From positions 235,538,001 through 235,602,000 of the forward strand of contig OZ024742.1 of the NCBI GenBank assembly GCA_964016885.1: a stretch of DNA of 64,000 nt, given 5' to 3'. The notes beneath the pieces are model-generated. The model worked only from the letters and a program-made list of their open reading frames with translations, was not told where the DNA came from and did no database searches. The translations under genes were made by a program, and so were the position numbers. Position 1 is the first letter of the stretch. Each line of letters starts with the position of its first letter. This document shows, piece by piece, positions 39,901 through 53,300 of the stretch. Source of the DNA: Eledone cirrhosa (Eukaryota).

Positions 39901-42900
39901 ACTATTGTAGTTGAAAGGTGACTGTATCATAACTATTGTAGTTGAAAGGTGACTGTATCAGAACTATCGTAGTTGAAAGGTGACTGTATCAGAACTATTG
40001 TAGTAGAAAGGTGACTGTATCAGAACTATTGTAGTTGAAAGGTGACTGTATTAGAACCATTGTAGTTGAAAGGTGACTGTATCAGGACTATTGTAGTTAA
40101 AAGGTGACTGTATCCGAAGTATAGTAGTTGAAAGGTGACTGTATCAGAACTAATGTAGTTGAAATGTGACTGTATCAGAACTATTGTAGTTGAAAGGTGA
40201 CTGTATCATAACTATAGTAGTAGAAAGGTGACTGTAACAGAGCTAACGTAGTCGAAAGGTGACTGTATCAGAACTAATGTAGTTGAAAGGTGACTGTATC
40301 AGAAATATTGTAGTTAAAAGGTGACTGTATCAGAAGTATTGTAGTTGAAAGGTGACTGTATCAGAACTATTGTAGTTGAAAGGTGACTGTATAAGAACTA
40401 TTGTAGTTGAAAGGTGACTGTATCAGAACTATTGTAGTTGAAAGGTGACTGTATCCGAAGTATAGTAGTGGAAAGGTGACTGTAACAGAACTATTGTAGT
40501 TGAAAGGTGACTGTATCAGAACTAATGTAGTTGAAATGTGACTGTATCAGAACTAATGTAGTTGAAAGGTGACTGTATCAGAACTATTGTAGTTGAAAGG
40601 TGACTGTATCAGAACTAATGTAGTTGAAATGTGACTGTATCAGAACTATTGTAGTTGAAAGGTGACTGTATCAGAACTATTGTAGTTGAAATGTGACTGT
40701 ATCAGAACTATTGTAGTTGAAAGGTGACTGTATCCGAAGTATAGTAGTTGAAAGGTGACTGTATCAGAACTAATATAGTTGAAAATTGACTGTATCAGAA
40801 CTATTGTAGTTCATAGGTGACTGTATCAGAACTATTGTAGTTGAAAGGTGACTGCATCAGAACTATTGTAGTTGAAAGGTGACTGTATCAGAACTATTGT
40901 AGTAGAAAGGTGACTGTATCAGAACTAATGTAGTTGAAAGATGACTGTATAAGAACTATTGTAGTTGAAAGGTGACTGTATCAGAACTATTGTAGTTGAA
41001 AGGTGACTGTATAAGAACTATTGTAGTTGAAAGGTGACTGTATCAGAACTATTGTAGTAGAAAGGTGACTGTATCCGAAGTATAGTAGTGGAAAGGTGAC
41101 TGTATCAGAACTAATGTAGTAGAAAGGTGACTGTATCAGAACTATTGTAGTTGAAAGGTGACTGTATCAGAACTATTGTAGTTAAAATGTGACTGTATCA
41201 GAACTAATGTAGTTGAAATGTGACCGTATCAGAACTATTGTAGTAGAAAGGTGACTGTATCCGATGTATAGTAGTTGAAAGGTGACTGTATCAGAACTGT
41301 TGTAGTTGAAAGGTGACTGTATCAGAACTATTGTATTTGAAAGGTGACTGTATCCGAAGTATAGTAGTTGAAAGGTGACTGTATCAGAACTAATGTAGTT
41401 GAAATGTGACTGTATCCGAAGTATAGTAGTTGAAAGGTGACTGTATCAGAACTAATGTAATTGAAATGTGACTGTATCAGAACTATTGTAGTTGAAAGGT
41501 GACTGTATCCGAAGTATAGTAGTTGAAAGGTGACTGTATCAGAACTAATGTAGTTGAAATGTGACTGTATCAGAACTATTGTAGTTCAAAGGTGACTGTA
41601 TCAGAACTATTGTAGTTGAAAGGTGACTGTATCAGAACTATTGTAGTTGAAAGGTGACTGCATCACAACTATTGTAGTAGAAAGGTGACTGTATCAGAAC
41701 TAATGTAGTTGAAAGATGACTGTATAAGAACTATTGTAGTTGAAAGGTGACTGTATCAGAACTAATGTAGTTGGAATGTGACCGTATCAGAACTATTGTA
41801 GTTGAAAGGTGACTTTATCAGAACTATTGTAGTTGAAAGGTGACTGCATCAGAACTATTGTAGTAGAAAGGTGACTGTATCAGAACTAATGTAATTGAAA
41901 TGTGACTGTATCTGAACTATTGTAGTTGAAAGGTGACTGTATCCGAAGTATAGTAGTTGAAAGGTGACTGTATCAGAACTAATGTAGTTGAAATGTGACT
42001 GTATCAGAACTATTGTAGTCCAAAGGTGACTGTATCAGAACTATTGTAGTTGAAAGGTGACTGTATCAGAACTATTGTAGTTGAAAGGTGACTGCATCAC
42101 AACTATTGTAGTAGAAAGGTGACTGTATCAGAACTAATGTAGTTGAAAGATGACTGTATAAGAACTATTGTAGTTGAAAGGTGACTGTATCAGAACTAAT
42201 GTAGTTGGAATGTGACCGTATCAGAACTATTGTAGTTGAAAGGTGACTTTATCAGAACTATTGTAGTTGAAAGGTGACTGCATCAGAACTATTGTAGTAG
42301 AAAGGTGACTGTATCAGAACTAATGTAGTTGAAAGATGACTGTATCAGAACTATTGTAGTTGAAAGGTGACTGTATCAGAACTATTGTGAGATGGAAGGT
42401 GACTGTATCAGAACTATTGTAGTGGAAAAGTGACTGTATCAGAACTATTGTAGTAGAAAGGTGACTGTATCAGAGAACTATTGTAGTTGAAAGGTGACTG
42501 TATCAGAACTATTGTAGTTGAAAGGTGACTGTATCAAAACTATTGTAGTGGAAAGGTGACATTATCAGAACTATTGTAGTTGAAAGGTGACTGTATCAGA
42601 ACTAATGTAGTTGATAGGTGAGTATCAGAACTATTGTAGTGGAAAGGTGACTGTATCAGAACTAATGTAGTTGAAAGGTGACTGTATCAGAACTATTGTA
42701 GTTGAAAGGTGACTGTATCAGAAGTATAGTAGTTGAAAGGTGACTGTATCCGAAGTATCGTAGTTGAAAGGTGACTGTATCAGAACCAATGTAGTTGAAA
42801 GGTGACTGTATCAGAGCTATTGTAGTTGAAAGGTGACTGTATCAGAACTATTGTAGTAGAAAGGTGACTGTATCAGAACCATTGTAGTTGAAAGGTGACT

Positions 42901-44329
42901 GTATCAGAACTATTGTAGTGGAAAGGTGACTGTATCAGAACTATTGTAGTTGAAAGGTGACTGTATCATAACTATTGTAGTTGAAAGGTGACTGTATCAG
43001 AACTATCGTAGTTGAAAGGTGACTGTATCAGAACTATTGTAGTAGAAAGGTGACTGTATCAGAACTATTGTAGTTGAAAGGTGACTGTATTAGAACCATT
43101 GTAGTTGAAAGGTGACTGTATCAGAACTATTGTAGTTAAAAGGTGACTGTATCCGAAGTATAGTAGTTGAAAGGTGACTGTATCAGAACTAATGTAGTTG
43201 AAATGTGACTGTATCAGAACTATTGTAGTTGAAAGGTGACTGTATCATAACTATAGTAGTAGAAAGGTGACTGTAACAGAGCTAACGTAGTCGAAAGGTG
43301 ACTGTATCAGAACTAATGTAGTTGAAAGGTGACTGTATCAGAAATATTGTAGTTAAAAGGTGACTGTATCAGAAGTATTGTAGTTGAAAGGTGACTGTAT
43401 CAGAACTATTGTAGTTGAAAGGTGACTGTATAAGAACTATTGTAGTTGAAAGGTGACTGTATCAGAACTATTGTAGTTGAAAGGTGACTGTATCAGAACC
43501 ATTGTAGTTGAAAGGTGACTGTATCAGAACTATTGTAGTGGAAAGGTGACTGTATCAGAACTATTGTAGTTGAAAGGTGACTGTATCATAACTATTGTAG
43601 TTGAAAGGTGACTGTATCAGAACTATCGTAGTTGAAAGGTGACTGTATCAGAACTATTGTAGTAGAAAGGTGACTGTATCAGAACTATTGTAGTTGAAAG
43701 GTGACTGTATTAGAACCATTGTAGTTGAAAGGTGACTGTATCAGGACTATTGTAGTTAAAAGGTGACTGTATCCGAAGTATAGTAGTTGAAAGGTGACTG
43801 TATCAGAACTAATGTAGTTGAAATGTGACTGTATCAGAACTATTGTAGTTGAAAGGTGACTGTATCATAACTATAGTAGTAGAAAGGTGACTGTAACAGA
43901 GCTAACGTAGTCGAAAGGTGACTGTATCAGAACTAATGTAGTTGAAAGGTGACTGTATCAGAAATATTGTAGTTAAAAGGTGACTGTATCAGAAGTATTG
44001 TAGTTGAAAGGTGACTGTATCAGAACTATTGTAGTTGAAAGGTGACTGTATAAGAACTATTGTAGTTGAAAGGTGACTGTATCAGAACTATTGTAGTTGA
44101 AAGGTGACTGTATCCGAAGTATAGTAGTGGAAAGGTGACTGTAACAGAACTATTGTAGTTGAAAGGTGACTGTATCAGAACTAATGTAGTTGAAATGTGA
44201 CTGTATCAGAACTAATGTAGTTGAAAGGTGACTGTATCAGAACTATTGTAGTTGAAAGGTGACTGTATCAGAACTAATGTAGTTGAAATGTGACTGTATC
44301 AGAACTATTGTAGTTGAAAGGTGACTGTA

Positions 44330-47300
44330 TCAGAACTATTGTAGTTGAAATGTGACTGTATCAGAACTATTGTAGTTGAAAGGTGACTGTATCCGAAGTA
44401 TAGTAGTTGAAAGGTGACTGTATCAGAACTAATATAGTTGAAAATTGACTGTATCAGAACTATTGTAGTTCATAGGTGACTGTATCAGAACTATTGTAGT
44501 TGAAAGGTGACTGCATCAGAACTATTGTAGTTGAAAGGTGACTGTATCAGAACTATTGTAGTAGAAAGGTGACTGTATCAGAACTAATGTAGTTGAAAGA
44601 TGACTGTATAAGAACTATTGTAGTTGAAAGGTGACTGTATCAGAACTATTGTAGTTGAAAGGTGACTGTATAAGAACTATTGTAGTTGAAAGGTGACTGT
44701 ATCAGAACTATTGTAGTAGAAAGGTGACTGTATCCGAAGTATAGTAGTGGAAAGGTGACTGTATCAGAACTAATGTAGTAGAAAGGTGACTGTATCAGAA
44801 CTATTGTAGTTGAAAGGTGACTGTATCAGAACTATTGTAGTTAAAATGTGACTGTATCAGAACTAATGTAGTTGAAATGTGACCGTATCAGAACTATTGT
44901 AGTAGAAAGGTGACTGTATCCGATGTATAGTAGTTGAAAGGTGACTGTATCAGAACTGTTGTAGTTGAAAGGTGACTGTATCAGAACTATTGTATTTGAA
45001 AGGTGACTGTATCCGAAGTATAGTAGTTGAAAGGTGACTGTATCAGAACTAATGTAGTTGAAATGTGACTGTATCCGAAGTATAGTAGTTGAAAGGTGAC
45101 TGTATCAGAACTAATGTAATTGAAATGTGACTGTATCAGAACTATTGTAGTTGAAAGGTGACTGTATCCGAAGTATAGTAGTTGAAAGGTGACTGTATCA
45201 GAACTAATGTAGTTGAAATGTGACTGTCTCAGAACTATTGTAGTTGAAAGCTGACTGTATCATAATTATTGTAGTTGAAAGGTGACTGTATCAGAACTAT
45301 CGTAGTAGAAAGGTGACTGTATCAGAACCATTGTAGTTGAAAGGTGACTGTAGAAGAACTATTGTAGTTGAAAGGTGACTGTATGAGAACTATTGTAGTA
45401 GAAAGGTGACTGTATCCGAAGTATAGTAGTGGAAAGGTGACTGTATCAGAACTATTGTAGTGGAAAGGTGACTGTATCAGAATTAATGTAGTGGAAAGGT
45501 GACTGTATCAGAACTATTGTAGTTGAAAGATGACTGTATCAGAACTATTGTAGTAGAAAGGTGACTGTATCAGAACTAATGTAGTGGAAAGGTGACAGTA
45601 TCAGAACTAATGTAATTGAAATGTGACTGTATCAGAACTATTGTAGTTGAAAGGTGACTGTATCCGAAGTATAGTAGTTGAAAAGTGACTGTATCAGAAC
45701 TAATGTAGTTGAAATGTGACTGTATCAGAACTATTGTAGTTCAAAGGTGACTGTATCAGAACTATTGTAGTTGAAAGGTGACTGTATCAGAACTATTGTA
45801 GTTGAAAGGTGACTGCATCAGAACTATTGTAGTAGAAAGGTGACTGTATCAGAACTAATGTAGTTGAAAGATGACTGTATAAGAACTATCGTAGTTGAAA
45901 GGTGACTGTATCAAAACTATTGTAGTTGAAAGGTGACTGTATCAGAACTATTGTAGTGGAAAGGTGACTGTATCTGAACTAATGTAGTTGAAATGTGACC
46001 GTATCAGAACTATTGTAGTTGAAAGGTGACTGCATCAGAACTATTGTAGTTGAAAGGTGACTGTATCAGAACTAATGTAGTTGAAATGTGACTGTATCAG
46101 AACTATTGTAGTTAAAAGGTGACTGCATCAGAACTATTGTAGTTGAAAGGTGACTGTATCAGAACTATTGTAGTAGAAAGGTGACTGTATCAGAACTATT
46201 GTAGTTGAAAGGTGACTGTATCAGAACTATTGTAGTAGAAAGGTGACTGTATCAGAACTATTGTGAGATGGAAGGTGAATGTATCAGAACTATTGTAGTT
46301 GAAAGGTGACTGTATCAGAACTATTGTAGTAGAAAGGTGACTGTAACAGAGCTAACGTAGTTGAAAGGTGACTGTATCAGAACTAATGTAGTTGAAAGGT
46401 GACTGTATCATAACTATTGTAGTTAAAAGGTGACTGTATCAGAAGTATTGTAGTTGAAAGGTGACTGTATCAGAACTATTGTAGTTGAAAGGTGACTGTA
46501 TCAGAACTATTGTAGTTGAAAGGTGACTGTATCAGAACTATTGTAGTTGAAAGGTGACTCTATCAGAACTATTGTAGTTGAAAGGTGACTGTATCAGAAC
46601 TATTGTAGTTGAAATGTGACTGTATCAGAACTAATGTAGTTGAAAGGTGACTGTATCAGAACTAATGTAGTGGAAAGGTGACTGTATCAGAACTATTGTA
46701 GTTGAAAGGTGACTGTATCAGAACTATTGTAGTTGAAAAGTGACTGTATCAGAACTATTGTAGTTAAAAGGTGACTATATCAGAACTAATGTAGTTGAAA
46801 TGTGACTGTATCCGAAGTATAGTAGTGGAAAGGTGACTGTATCAGAACTATTGTGGTTGAAAGGTGACTGTATCAGAACTATTGTAGTTGAAAGGTGACT
46901 GTATCAGAACTATTGTAGTAGAAAAGTGACTGTATCAGATCTATTGTAGTTGAAAGGTGACTGTATCCGAAGTATAGTAGTTGAAAGGTGACTGTATCAG
47001 AAGTATTGTAGTTGAAATGTGACTGTATCAGAACTAATGTAATTGAAATGTGACTGTATCAGAACCATTGTAGTTGAAAGGTGACTGTATCCGAAGTATA
47101 GTAGTTGAAAGGTGACTGTATCAGAACTAATGTAGTTGGAATGTGACTGTATCAGAACTATTGTAGTTGAAAGGTGACTCTATCATAACTATTGTAGTTG
47201 AAAGGTGACTGTATCAGAAGTATTGTAGTTGAAATGTGACTGTATCCGAAGTATAGTAGTTGAAAGGTGACTGTATCAGAACTAATGTAATTGAAATGTG

Positions 47301-50300
47301 ACTGTATCAGAACTATTGTAGTTGAAAGGTGACTGTATCCGAAGTATAGTAGTTGAAAGGTGACTGTATCAGAACTAATGCAGTAAAAATGTGACTGTAT
47401 CAGAACTATTGTAGTTGAAAGGTGACTGTATGATAACTATTGTAGTTGAAAGGTGACTGTATCAGAACTATCGTAGTTGAAAGGTGACTGTATCAGAACT
47501 ATTGTAGTAGAAAGGTGACTGTATCAGAACTATTGTAGTTGAAAGGTGACTGTATCAGAACCATTGTAGTTGAAAGGTGACTGTATAAGAACTATTGTAG
47601 TTGAAAGGTGACTGTATCAGATCTATTGTAGTAGAAAGGTGACTGTATCAGAACTATTGTAGTTGAAAGTTGACTGTATCAGAACTAATGTAGTTGAAAT
47701 GTGACTGTATCAGAACTATTGTAGTTGAAAGGTGACTGTATCAGAACTATTGTAGTTGAAAGGTGACTGTATCAGAACTACTGTAGTTGAAAGGTGACTG
47801 TATCAGAACTAATGTAGTTGAAAGGTGACTGTATCAGAATTATTGTAGTTGAAAGGTGACTGTATCAGAAGTATTGTAGTTGAAATGTGACTGTATCAGA
47901 AGTATTGTAGTTGAAAGGTGACTGTATGAGAAGTATTGTAGTTGAAATGTGACTGTATCAGAACTAATATAGTTGAAAATTGACTGTATCAGAACTATTG
48001 TAGTTCATAGGTGACTGTATCAGAACTATTGTAGTTGAAAGGTGACTTTATCAGAACTATTGTAGTTGAAAGGTGACTGTATCAGAACTATTGTAGTAGA
48101 AAGGTGACTGTATCAGAACTAATGTAGTTGAAAGATGACTGTATAAGAACTATTGTAGTTGAAAGGTGACTGTATCAGAACTATTGTAGTTGAAAGGTGA
48201 CTGTATAAGAACTATTGTAGTTGAAAGGTGACTGTATCAGAACTATTGTAGTAGAAAGGTGACTGTATCCGAAGTATAGTAGTGGAAAGGTGACTGTATC
48301 AGAACTAATGTAGTAGAAAGGTGACAGTATCAGAACTATTGTAGTTGAAAGGTGACTGTATCAGAACTATTGTAGTTAAAATGTGACTGTATCAGAACTA
48401 ATGTAGTTGAAATGTGACCGTATCAGAACTATTGTAGTAGAAAGGTGACTGTATCCGATGTATAGTAGTTGAAAGGTGACTGTATCAGAACTGTTGTAGT
48501 TGAAAGGTGACTGTATCAGAACTATTGTATTTGAAAGGTGACTGTATCCGAAGTATAGTAGTTGAAAGGTGACTGTATCAGAACTAATGTAGTTGAAATG
48601 TGACTGTATCCGAAGTATAGTAGTTGAAAGGTGACTGTATCAGAACTAATGTAATTGAAATGTGACTGTATCAGAACTATTGTAGTTGAAAGGTGACTGT
48701 ATCCGAAGTATAGTAGTTGAAAGGTGACTGTATCAGAACTAATGTAGTTGAAATGTGACTGTCTCAGAACTATTGTAGTTGAAAGCTGACTGTATCATAA
48801 TTATTGTAGTTGAAAGGTGACTGTATCAGAACTATCGTAGTAGAAAGGTGACTGTATCAGAACCATTGTAGTTGAAAGGTGACTGTAGAAGAACTATTGT
48901 AGTTGAAAGGTGACTGTATGAGAACTATTGTAGTAGAAAGGTGACTGTATCCGAAGTATAGTAGTGGAAAGGTGACTGTATCAGAACTATTGTAGTGGAA
49001 AGGTGACTGTATCAGAATTAATGTAGTGGAAAGGTGACTGTATCAGAACTATTGTAGTTGAAAGATGACTGTATCAGAACTATTGTAGTAGAAAGGTGAC
49101 TGTATCAGAACTAATGTAGTGGAAAGGTGACTGTATCAGAACTAATGTAATTGAAATGTGACTGTATCAGAACTATTGTAGTTGAAAGGTGACTGTATCC
49201 GAAGTATAGTAGTTGAAAAGTGACTGTATCAGAACTAATGTAGTTGAAATGTGACTGTATCAGAACTATTGTAGTTCAAAGGTGACTGTATCAGAACTAT
49301 TGTAGTTGAAAGGTGACTGTATCAGAACTATTGTAGTTGAAAGGTGACTGCATCAGAACTATTGTAGTAGAAAGGTGACTGTATCAGAACTAATGTAGTT
49401 GAAAGATGACTGTATAAGAACTATCGTAGTTGAAAGGTGACTGTATCAAAACTATTGTAGTTGAAAGGTGACTGTATCAGAACTATTGTAGTGGAAAGGT
49501 GACTGTATCTGAACTAATGTAGTTGAAATGTGACCGTATCAGAACTATTGTAGTTGAAAGGTGACTGCATCAGAACTATTGTAGTTGAAAGGTGACTGTA
49601 TCAGAACTAATGTAGTTGAAATGTGACTGTATCAGAACTATTGTAGTTGAAAGGTGACTGCATCAGAACTATTGTAGTTGAAAGGTGACTGTATCAGAAC
49701 TATTGTAGTAGAAAGGTGACTGTATCAGAACTATTGTTGTTGAAAGGTGACTGTATCAGAACTATTGTAGTAGAAAGGTGACTGTATCAGAACTATTGTA
49801 GTTGAAAGGTGACAGTATCAGACCTAATGTAGTTGAAAGGTGACTGTATCAGAACTATTGTGAGATGGAAGGTGAATGTATCAGAACTATTGTAGTTGAA
49901 AGGTGACTGTATCAGAACTATTGTAGTAGAAAGGTGACTGTAACAGAGCTAACGTAGTTGAAAGGTGACTGTATCAGAACTAATGTAGTTGAAAGGTGAC
50001 TGTATCATAACTATTGTAGTTAAAAGGTGACTGTATCAGAAGTATTGTAGTTGAAAGGTGACTGTATCAGAACTATTGTAGTTGAAAGGTGACTGTATCA
50101 GAACTATTGTAGTTGAAAGGTGACTGTATCAGAACTATTGTAGTTGAAAGGTGACTCTATCAGAACTATTGTAGTTGAAAGGTGACTGTATCAGAACTAT
50201 TGTAGTTGAAATGTGACTGTATCAGAACTAATGTAGTTGAAAGGTGACTGTATCAGAACTAATGTAGTGGAAAGGTGACTGTATCAGAACTATTGTAGTT

Positions 50301-53300
50301 GAAAGGTGACTGTATCAGAACTATTGTAGTTGAAAGGTGACTGTATCAGAACTATTGTAGTTAAAAGGTGACTGTATCAGAACTAATGTAGTTGAAATGT
50401 GACTGTATCCGAAGTATAGTAGTGGAAAGGTGACTGTATCAGAACTATTGTGGTTGAAAGGTGACTGTATCAGAACTATTGTAGTTGAAAGGTGACTGTA
50501 TCAGAACTATTGTAGTAGAAAAGTGACTGTATCAGATCTATTGTAGTTGAAAGGTGACTGTATCCGAAGTATAGTAGTTGAAAGGTGACTGTATCAGAAG
50601 TATTGTAGTTGAAATGTGACTGTATCAGAACTAATGTAATTGAAATGTGACTGTATCAGAACCATTGTAGTTGAAAGGTGACTGTATCCGAAGTATAGTA
50701 GTTGAAAGGTGACTGTATCAGAACTAATGTAGTTGAAATGTGACTGTATCAGAACTATTGTAGTTGAAAGGTGACTCTATCATAACTATTGTAGTTGAAA
50801 GGTGACTGTATCAGAAGTATTGTAGTTGAAATGTGACTGTATCCGAAGTATAGTAGTTGAAAGGTGACTGTATCAGAACTAATGTAATTGAAATGTGACT
50901 GTATCAGAACTATTGTAGTTGAAAGGTGACTGTATCCGAAGTATAGTAGTTGAAAGGTGACTGTATCAGAACTAATGTAGTAAAAATGTGACTGTATCAG
51001 AACTATTGTAGTTGAAAGGTGACTGTATGATAACTATTGTAGTTGAAAGGTGACTGTATCAGAACTATCGTAGTTGAAAGGTGACTGTATCAGAACTATT
51101 GTAGTAGAAAGGTGACTGTATCAGAACTATTGTAGTTGAAAGGTGACTGTATCAGAACCATTGTAGTTGAAAGGTGACTGTATAAGAACTATTGTAGTTG
51201 AAAGGTGACTGTATCAGATCTATTGTAGTAGAAAGGTGACTGTATCAGAACTATTGTAGTTGAAAGTTGACTGTATCAGAACTAATGTAGTTGAAATGTG
51301 ACTGTATCAGAACTATTGTAGTTGAAAGGTGACTGTATCAGAACTATTGTAGTTGAAAGGTGACTGTATCAGAACTACTGTAGTTGAAAGGTGACTGTAT
51401 CAGAACTAATGTAGTTGAAAGGTGACTGTATCAGAATTATTGTAGTTGAAAGGTGACTGTATCAGAAGTATTGTAGTTGAAATGTGACTGTATCAGAAGT
51501 ATTGTAGTTGAAAGGTGACTGTATGAGAAGTATTGTAGTTGAAATGTGACTGTATCAGAAATAATGTAATTGAAATGTGACTGTATCAGAACTATTGTAG
51601 TTGAAAGGTGACTGTATCCGAAGTATAGTAGTTGAAAGGTGACTGTATCAGAACTAATATAGTTGAAATGTGACTGTATCAGAACTATTGTAGTTCAAAG
51701 GTGACTGTATCAGAACTATTGTAGTTGAAAGGTGACTGCATTAGAACTATTGTAGTTGAAAGGTGACTGTATCAGAACTATTGTAGTAAAAAGGTGACTG
51801 TATCAGAACTATTGTAGTAGAAAGGTGACTGTATCAGAACCATTGTAGCTGATAGGTGACTGTATCAGATCTATTGTAGTAGAAAGGTGACTGTATCCGA
51901 AGTATAGTAGTGGAAAGGTGACTGTATCAGAACTATTGTAGTTGAAAGGTGACTGTATAGAACTATTGTAGTTGAAAGGTGACTGTATCAGAACTATTGT
52001 AGTTGAAAGGTGACTGTATCAGAACTATTGTAGTAGAAAGGTGACTGTATCAGAACTAATGTAGTTGAAAGGTGACTGTATCAGAACTATTGTAGTTGAA
52101 AGGTGACTGTATCAGAACTATTGTAGTAGAAAGGTGACTGTATCAGAACTATTGTAGTAGAAAGGTGACTGTATCAGAACCATTGTAGTTGAAAGGTGAC
52201 TGTATCAGAACTATTGTAGTGGAAAGGTGACTGTATCAGAACTATTGTAGTAGAAAGGTGACTGTATCAGAACTAATGTTGTTGAAAGGTGACTGTATCA
52301 GAACTATTGTAGTGGAAAGGTGACTTTATAAGAACTATTGTAGTTGAAAGGTGACTGTATCAGAACTAATGTAATTGAAATGTAACTGTATCAGAACTAT
52401 TGTAGTTGAAAGGTGACTGTATCCGAAGTATAGTAGTTGAAAAGTGACTGTATCAGAACTAATGTAGTTGAAATGTGACTGTATCAGAACTATTGTAGTT
52501 CAAAGGTGACTGTATCAGAACTATTGTAGTTGAAAGGTGACTGTATCAGAACTATTGTAGTTGAAAGGTGACTGCATCAGAACTATTGTAGTAGAAAGGT
52601 GACTGTATCAGAACTAATGTAGTTGAAAGATGACTGTATAAGAACTATCGTAGTTGAAAGGTGACTGTATCAAAACTATTGTAGTTGAAAGGTGACTGTA
52701 TCAGAACTATTGTAGTGGAAAGGTGACTGTATCTGAACTAATGTAGTTGAAATGTGACCGTATCAGAACTATTGTAGTTGAAAGGTGACTGCATCAGAAC
52801 TATTGTAGTTGAAAGGTGACTGTATCAGAACTAATGTAGTTGAAATGTGACTGTATCAGAACTATTGTAGTTGAAAGGTGACTGCATCAGAACTATTGTA
52901 GTTGAAAGGTGACTGTATCAGAACTATTGTAGTAGAAAGGTGACTGTATCAGAACTATTGTAGTTGAAAGGTGACTGTATCAGAACTATTGTAGTAGAAA
53001 GGTGACTGTATCAGAACTATTGTAGTTGAAAGGTGACTGTATCAGACCTAATGTAGTTGAAAGGTGACTGTATCAGAACTATTGTGAGATGGAAGGTGAA
53101 TGTATCAGAACTATTGTAGTTGAAAGGTGACTGTATCAGAACTATTGTAGTAGAAAGGTGACTGTAACAGAGCTAACGTAGTTGAAAGGTGACTGTATCA
53201 GAACTAATGTAGTTGAAAGGTGACTGTATCATAACTATTGTAGTTAAAAGGTGACTGTATCAGAAGTATTGTAGTTGAAAGGTGACTGTATCAGAACTAT

